Shown piece after piece: positions 50,401 through 54,382 of a DNA stretch of 54,382 nt. The notes beneath the pieces were generated by a model. It was not told the DNA's origin, did not search any database, and worked only from the letters and a program-made list of their open reading frames with translations. The position numbers and the translations under genes were made by a program. Origin of the DNA: an uncultured virus (IMG/VR IMGVR_UViG_3300022555_001562) (lineage: Duplodnaviria > Heunggongvirae > Uroviricota > Caudoviricetes); IMG/VR virus record IMGVR_UViG_3300022555_001562; one strand, given 5' to 3'. Position 1 is the stretch's first letter; every line of letters begins with the position of its first letter.

Positions 50401-51566
50401 TTCCTAATTTATACCCACAAACAGAACAGATATCATCAAGTTGGGCTAGTGCATCTATAAGTGCAAGTTATTTATTTGGACCGCATACAGGATCTACTTT
50501 TGGAACATCTTCTTGGTCTAACAATTCCGTAACTGCATCTTATATTACTTCAAGTAATATTTTCGGTAATGTTACCGCATTTAGTTCATCTTGGTCAAGT
50601 GCATCAATTAGTGCTTCATATGCAATAAGTGCTAGCATCGCTAATGCAATTTCTTTTGTTCCTATTGCTAGTGTAAGTGCATCATGGGTAAGTGCATCTG
50701 TATTTATTACAACTGCACAAACTGCATCTCATATTACATCCAGCAATATTTTTGGAATTGTAACTAGTGCTTCTTACAGTTTCTCATCCTCGTATTCATT
50801 AACATCTAGTTATTTGAGTAGTTCAGTTATGGGAAATGGTGTATATAATATCGTATATCTCAATAGTGCAAGTTATGCCGCATTAAATCCTCCTGTATCA
50901 ACTACAATTTATGCGGTAATGTCCGAAAACTTTCGAGTTACAGAAATTGATGATTTAAGAATTACAGAAGATGGTGATATAAGAATTACACAATTAGGAA
51001 ATATTGTATTATATTTAGGATTGAATCCGATTTCAAGTGGTGAGAATATTATATCTTGTTCGTGGGCATCTTCTTCAATTAGTTCCAGTTATTTATTTGG
51101 ACCACATACAGGATCAACTTTCGGAACGGCATCTTGGGCAGTGAGTGCATCTTGGGCTGGTAATATTGCTGCTTCTGGATTTCCAACGATAATAGCATCA
51201 GGAAATTATAATACATATCCACAAGGAACAGATGTAATTATTATGACAGAATTAGCAACTATATCTAATACTGGGTTGTATAGAATATCTGATACTTGTA
51301 ATACTTATTTAACTTCTGCCGCCGCCATTTACTTCACTCGTAGTGTTGTTTGGTCGGATGAGACAAATACTAGACGTACTAGAAATTCAATCCAGTTTCC
51401 TACTTATGCCATTGGTGAGAGACCAGGTTTTTATGGTAATTGGGCCAATGATGTTTTTACTTTATCTATATTAACCGGAACTAAAGTATCTATAACAGAA
51501 AGTTATACTTGTAACGTACAAACAGATGCCTTTCATAGTAAGATTGCATTGGAAAGATTATTTTAA
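44439..51566 (+). CDS. Giant Ser/Ala-rich repeat protein, probable tail fibre
   Basis: 2375 aa with many ASWASSSISASY / YVPNLYPQ repeats and His motifs HNLLNNIQGG..YYH and HGSLTGLSNDDHPQY. Confidence 0.7.
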   Translation: MSHEFVAKRGLISRGDVQVTGSLTATGVIFGHHTGSTFGTASWATNSLTTSYADSLTVNNDLTVGGILRAGQISSSFIYITSSYIVVTDNILTLNAQTPHVRYAGIEVWDSGSTDQMASVLWDGENNYFFISSSDAGYSKKIILGPSGEVDLTVGKIPVVTTGDSIGDSIIQQIGSEINITGNLVATSVTASLMGTASNAISASYVPNLYPQIIQTTVDSASWVSASVFITTAQTASYITSSNIFGKVTAFSSSWASASVSASYVPNLYPQTYQESGSWASSSISASYLFGPHTGSTFGTASWALSSSTAISASYSPVEPDYSSSVSLQIDTKQNNIVTGSTLPITASWANYISSSNIIGNVTAFSASWASASISASYVPNLYPQTYQESGSWASASLSASYSPVQPSYSASISDQFATKQDTLVIGNTYSITSSWANDAITASYISSSNIFGSITALSSSWASSSISSSYVPNLYPQVIQTTVDSASWVSASVFITTAQTASYVSSSNVIGIITAFSSSWASASISASYVPNLYPQTYQESGSWASSSISSSYATSASYVPNLYPQVTQTTVDSASWVSASVFITTAQTASYITASNIFGTVTSSSYALSASWSPQPAIPTSVPSSSWASSSISASYALTASFALNASALTSASWASSSLSASYLNAGANIYLSQSYIFANTNSIVPSFKPGQLWYDSLTHTYAIDTDKTDVRLQIGQENYVRIVAGELIANGNAVYISGSNINKLPIAYLAIADGTGLKNLVVGLSTQPLTIGEEGFATTVGVVNNINTSTLIDGDVLYLSDVTSGSFTNIIPLFPAEKVIVGTVLYSGISGKILVDLSQHTPREDFSVGVIDIPTLSNIGSTIYIGASKVNFCINLSGKGIIRSFTVPSASFTITTAFLDVQYILANYNNGNPIYQIATDMSTVDNIQTVPVATFTLGSGGNFSYVDWDSSGLLLSNKLERRIIDIYGAQRASGLEIGTSGSHITITSGTGYLGVKQLTFTSSSTANTNQFALVAHSASIWSGSFINGYVTTHYDDGINLRTLGSGKYVVNYVYRGIGSLNRSQVLLSPQYVNYGDAVKAIMPIPPAELSSISIFCGRIITQEGDGALLVESAFTTILSVAGITDHNLLNNIQGGTPGQYYHLSSASYAQMINGTASYAYTASYISSSNIFGNITAFSASWASASISASYVPNLYPQTYQVSGSWASSSISSSYLFGSHTGSTFGTASYAYTASYISSSNIFGNVTAFSASWASASISASYVPNLYPQTFQASGSWASSSLSASWAQSASIASTASYVSFSNIFGNVTAFSASWASASISSSYTLKSYWNDITKEPSGFPNRTDSTLSYDSASVKLMISGSNWKVYCNGNEFIKNNESIVISTPTKGQLYYIYYDTNGVLQQAVSEWSFVSGIASVCTVYIGAGAGNGFVSDERHGVLMDGMTHEYLHETMGPRYASGFAWTTTTASLGKYAISAGEWYDDDLEFKTTTILSSSLMAYYSGAMVVSTTETSSMYGGGTEKYNNTTLGTLVNITGGNAGCFFIYAINGISNNLVSIYGQRIDTSVANARTNNTPDTLIFGNFPFREAKLLYRVIVTTAGISETTDYRTAQYAGSTFTPTSHGSLTGLSNDDHPQYLLLAGRDGQAAATFTGSIVGSSSYATSASYVPNLYPQTYQVSGSWASSSLSASYISSSNIFGNVTAFSASWASSSISASYAPVQPSYSASISTQFGTKQDTLVTGNTYFITSSWSISSSYAPNLYPQTYQISGSWASASISASYATMAGTANAISFVPLTSTSASWVSASVFITTAQTASYITSSNIVGIITAISASWSSASISASYAPVQPSYSSSVSTQFGTKQDTLVTGTTYFITSSWSLNSITTSYITSSNIVGIITAFSSSWASSSISASYVPNLYPQTEQTSASWASSSISASYLFGPHTGSTFGTSSWSLNSITTSYITSSNIVGIITAFSASWASSSLSASYVPNLYPQTEQISSSWASASISASYLFGPHTGSTFGTSSWSNNSVTASYITSSNIFGNVTAFSSSWSSASISASYAISASIANAISFVPIASVSASWVSASVFITTAQTASHITSSNIFGIVTSASYSFSSSYSLTSSYLSSSVMGNGVYNIVYLNSASYAALNPPVSTTIYAVMSENFRVTEIDDLRITEDGDIRITQLGNIVLYLGLNPISSGENIISCSWASSSISSSYLFGPHTGSTFGTASWAVSASWAGNIAASGFPTIIASGNYNTYPQGTDVIIMTELATISNTGLYRISDTCNTYLTSAAAIYFTRSVVWSDETNTRRTRNSIQFPTYAIGERPGFYGNWANDVFTLSILTGTKVSITESYTCNVQTDAFHSKIALERLF

Positions 51567-51637
51567 ATTATATGGAATACATTTCACTGAAATATATCTA
51601 TTTATAAGAGATTACAAAAAATGAAATACGCCGAATT

Positions 51638-53035
51638 ATGTCAAATACACGAATAAGCAATTTAAATGCCGCTGGAACAATCACTGGAACCGAATTGATT
51701 GAATTAGTCCAAACCGGTACGTCAGTATATTCTACAATCAATAGTATAGCATCTACTACCACCGCCAGTTTATTGGGCGGTAATCCAAATGAATGGTTTA
51801 TAAAAGATGATATAACTCTGCCAGCTTTTGCTACCACTAATTCACAATCAATGGTCGTTAATAGTAATTTATTAATTTATATAAATAACAAACCGTATAC
51901 ATTTACTAGTGCTAGTAGCACCATTATAATGCCCGCTCTAATGCTCGCTGGAAATGATTATGGTATCTATGCTACTACCGCAAGTACTTTAATCGCTACC
52001 TATACCAATACCAGTTCCATTGAGTTAGGTGGTTATACTGCTCCTGCTGGATACGATGCCACTAACTCCAGATTAGTCGGCGGCTTCTACTTCGCTCATT
52101 CTGGCAGTGCCCCACTGTCAATGATCAGTAGATCTAGATCTGCAGGCGGTGCTGCAGCCTCCGCTTCAATCTCTATGAGTAGTGCTGCTCATGGTTTAGT
52201 TACTGGTGACTATATTGATGTAATATTGATGACCGATTTAACTTATAATACCACAAATATTCCCATCACCGCAAGTGGAACAAATATTATATTCCCAAGT
52301 TCAGGAACATCCGAAACATATGTCGGTGACACTGCCGGTAAAGTATACAAAATAAATAATCGGGGCATCATTAATCAATATAGTATCTGGGATCTAAAAT
52401 TCAAACCAAAATGCCCAGATCCCCGTGGTATGATATTAGTTAATGATTCCTTCTGGGTTGATATCTGGCTAACTGGTAATAACTATCTAACCAGTGGAAC
52501 CAGCAGAAAAGGTGAGAGAATTGCGGATGGTCAAGGCGGTGTATCGTATCCTCTAATTTCAACAAAAATGGGCGGAAATGGTACATCTAGATACGCAAAC
52601 TGCACTTGGTTCACCTCAAATGAAGTACTTGCTCACTGGGGAAAGAAACTTCTGAGTTATGCTGATTTCTGTGTTGCTGCTTTCAATGGAACAACAGAGA
52701 ATGGATCATATGGAACAGATAATCAGTATACCTGTAGACCTCCTGGTGCAATGTATACCAGCAAATGGGGAATGGAGCAATCCTATGGAATCATGTGGAT
52801 ATGGGGTGCAGATTTGAATTTTTATTCGGGAACAATTAACTATGATTGGCAGAATACTACTGAAGGCAGAGGTTATATGTACACAACATCCACAGGAACG
52901 ATTGCAGGTATATACGGCGGCAGTTGGAATGATGGTGTTGCTGGCTCTCGTAGTTCTTATTGGCATGATTATGTTTGGGATAGCAACTACAGTATTGGGC
53001 TGCGTGGTCGTTGTGATCATCTTGTTGTTCCGTAA
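51638..53035 (+). CDS. Mtd-like receptor-binding protein with C-type-lectin-fold C-terminus, probable DGR target
   Basis: CPDPRGM, FWVDIWL, SKWGMEQSYGIMWIWG and GGSW...GSRSSYW...IGLRGRCDHL, resembling Bordetella phage BPP-1 Mtd. Confidence 0.85.
   Translation: MSNTRISNLNAAGTITGTELIELVQTGTSVYSTINSIASTTTASLLGGNPNEWFIKDDITLPAFATTNSQSMVVNSNLLIYINNKPYTFTSASSTIIMPALMLAGNDYGIYATTASTLIATYTNTSSIELGGYTAPAGYDATNSRLVGGFYFAHSGSAPLSMISRSRSAGGAAASASISMSSAAHGLVTGDYIDVILMTDLTYNTTNIPITASGTNIIFPSSGTSETYVGDTAGKVYKINNRGIINQYSIWDLKFKPKCPDPRGMILVNDSFWVDIWLTGNNYLTSGTSRKGERIADGQGGVSYPLISTKMGGNGTSRYANCTWFTSNEVLAHWGKKLLSYADFCVAAFNGTTENGSYGTDNQYTCRPPGAMYTSKWGMEQSYGIMWIWGADLNFYSGTINYDWQNTTEGRGYMYTTSTGTIAGIYGGSWNDGVAGSRSSYWHDYVWDSNYSIGLRGRCDHLVVP
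52916..53035 (+). other. Putative DGR variable region (VR)
   Basis: NNY codons derivable from AAY at the expected variable positions; 3' end of the Mtd-like gene. Confidence 0.7.
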
Positions 53036-53119
53036 CGGAGCGGAAGCGAAGTGGGAGGAACAACAGTAGCATTTCTGGTAGTATAGAAGAAAAATTTGGT
53101 ATAAATAAAAATAAATAAT

Positions 53120-54382
53120 ATGGCAACGAAAAAAATAAGTGAATTAAATGTAGCTGGTACTATTGGTGGTAATGAGATGGTGGAATTGGTACAGAGTGGA
53201 TTATCTGTACGATCTACAGTTAGTAATATAATAATTACTGCCAGTGTAGTGAACGGTAATACCAACAATTTTTTTGTTAAATTAAATTATAAAACGCCAG
53301 CATTTGCTACTAATAATTCTCAATCAATGGTGGTAAATAGTAATTTATTAATCTATGTAAATAATACCCCGCACAATTTTGCCAGCGGCTCTTCTATCAC
53401 CATGCCCGCCACTATGCTCGCCGGAAATGACTACGGTATCTATGCCACCATCGATAATACCCTGATAGCTACGTATACCACTCCCAGTTCCGTGACTCTC
53501 GGAGGTTATACCGCTCCTGCTGGATATAATGCCACTAACTCCAGATTAGTCGGTGGCTTCTACTTTGCCCATTATGATAGCTCACCGCTCTCAATTCTCG
53601 GAAGATCTAGATCGTCTGGTAATTCTTCAATCTCTATGAGCAATGCTGTTCATGGTTTAGTTACTGGTGACTATATTGATGTAATCCTAATGACCGATCT
53701 AACTTATAATATCGTAAATGTTCAAATTACTGTGAGCGGTACCACTATAACTTTCCCAAATCCAGGATCAAATGAATCATATACCGCAGATACCGCCGGT
53801 AAAGTATACAAAATAAATAATCGGGGCATCATTAATCAATATAGTATCTGGGATCTAAAATTCAAACCAAAATGCCCAGATCCCCGTGGTATGATATTAG
53901 TTAATGATTCCTTCTGGGTTGATATCTGGCTAACTGGTAATAACTATCTAACCAGTGGAACCAGCAGAAAAGGTGAGAGAATTGCGGATGGTCAAGGCGG
54001 TGTATCGTATCCTCTAATTTCAACAAAAATGGGCGGAAATGGTACATCTAGATACGCAAACTGCACTTGGTTCACCTCAAATGAAGTACTTGCTCACTGG
54101 GGAAAGAAACTTCTGAGTTATGCTGATTTCTGTGTTGCTGCTTTCAATGGAACAACAGAGAATGGATCATATGGAACAGATAATCAGTATACCTGTAGAC
54201 CTCCTGGTGCAATGTATACCAGCAAATGGGGAATGGAGCAATCCTATGGAATCATGTGGATATGGGGTGCAGATTTGAATTTTTATTCGGGAACAATTAA
54301 CTATGATTGGCAGAATACTACTGAAGGCAGAGGTTATATGTACACAACATCCACAGGAACGATTGCAGGTATATACGGCGGC
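53120..54382 (+). CDS. Second Mtd-like protein, 3'-truncated by the window end (absent from the ORF track)
   Basis: MATKKISELNVAGTIGG...; open to the end and in frame with the duplicated segment. Confidence 0.88.
   Translation, partial: MATKKISELNVAGTIGGNEMVELVQSGLSVRSTVSNIIITASVVNGNTNNFFVKLNYKTPAFATNNSQSMVVNSNLLIYVNNTPHNFASGSSITMPATMLAGNDYGIYATIDNTLIATYTTPSSVTLGGYTAPAGYNATNSRLVGGFYFAHYDSSPLSILGRSRSSGNSSISMSNAVHGLVTGDYIDVILMTDLTYNIVNVQITVSGTTITFPNPGSNESYTADTAGKVYKINNRGIINQYSIWDLKFKPKCPDPRGMILVNDSFWVDIWLTGNNYLTSGTSRKGERIADGQGGVSYPLISTKMGGNGTSRYANCTWFTSNEVLAHWGKKLLSYADFCVAAFNGTTENGSYGTDNQYTCRPPGAMYTSKWGMEQSYGIMWIWGADLNFYSGTINYDWQNTTEGRGYMYTTSTGTIAGIYGG

Larger units (their letters stand above)
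52334..54382 (+). repeat. Direct repeat of at least 588 bp (52334-52921 = 53795-54382)
   Basis: Identical by eye at offset 1461, continuing to the window end. Confidence 0.92.

Noticed and set aside
53795..54382. Second repeat copy as the DGR template repeat
   Set aside because: It is identical rather than A-mismatched, much longer than a TR, and part of an open paralogous CDS.
1..54382. tRNA/rRNA genes, reverse transcriptase, or stop-codon reassignment
   Set aside because: No cloverleaf, rRNA or RT motif was recognised by eye. Genes are full length in the standard code, with TAA, TAG and TGA all used as stops.

Overview
This is an AT-rich segment of a large T4-like (myovirus-type) phage genome covering the head, neck and fibre modules. 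The order is: terminase (three inteins, the first apparently the C-half of an atypically split intein), portal (two mini-inteins), prohead protease (one mini-intein), an accessory block, scaffold, major capsid protein, putative packaged enzymes, neck proteins, a 2375-aa Ser/Ala-repeat fibre, and two tandem Mtd-like genes with a DGR-type variable region. No RT or template repeat is visible in the window. Selfish elements are dense: six inteins, five free-standing KYG-repeat endonuclease genes, an IS607, and a tnpB-only IS200/IS605 element; each IS interrupts a gene that can be reconstructed. The most striking unexplained system is at 17.2-23.9 kb: nine small genes share an N-terminal MKxRxGFVSNSSSSSF motif conserved at protein level, clustered with a radical SAM enzyme and a nucleotidyltransferase. 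All calls come from reading motifs by eye; no database searches were run.
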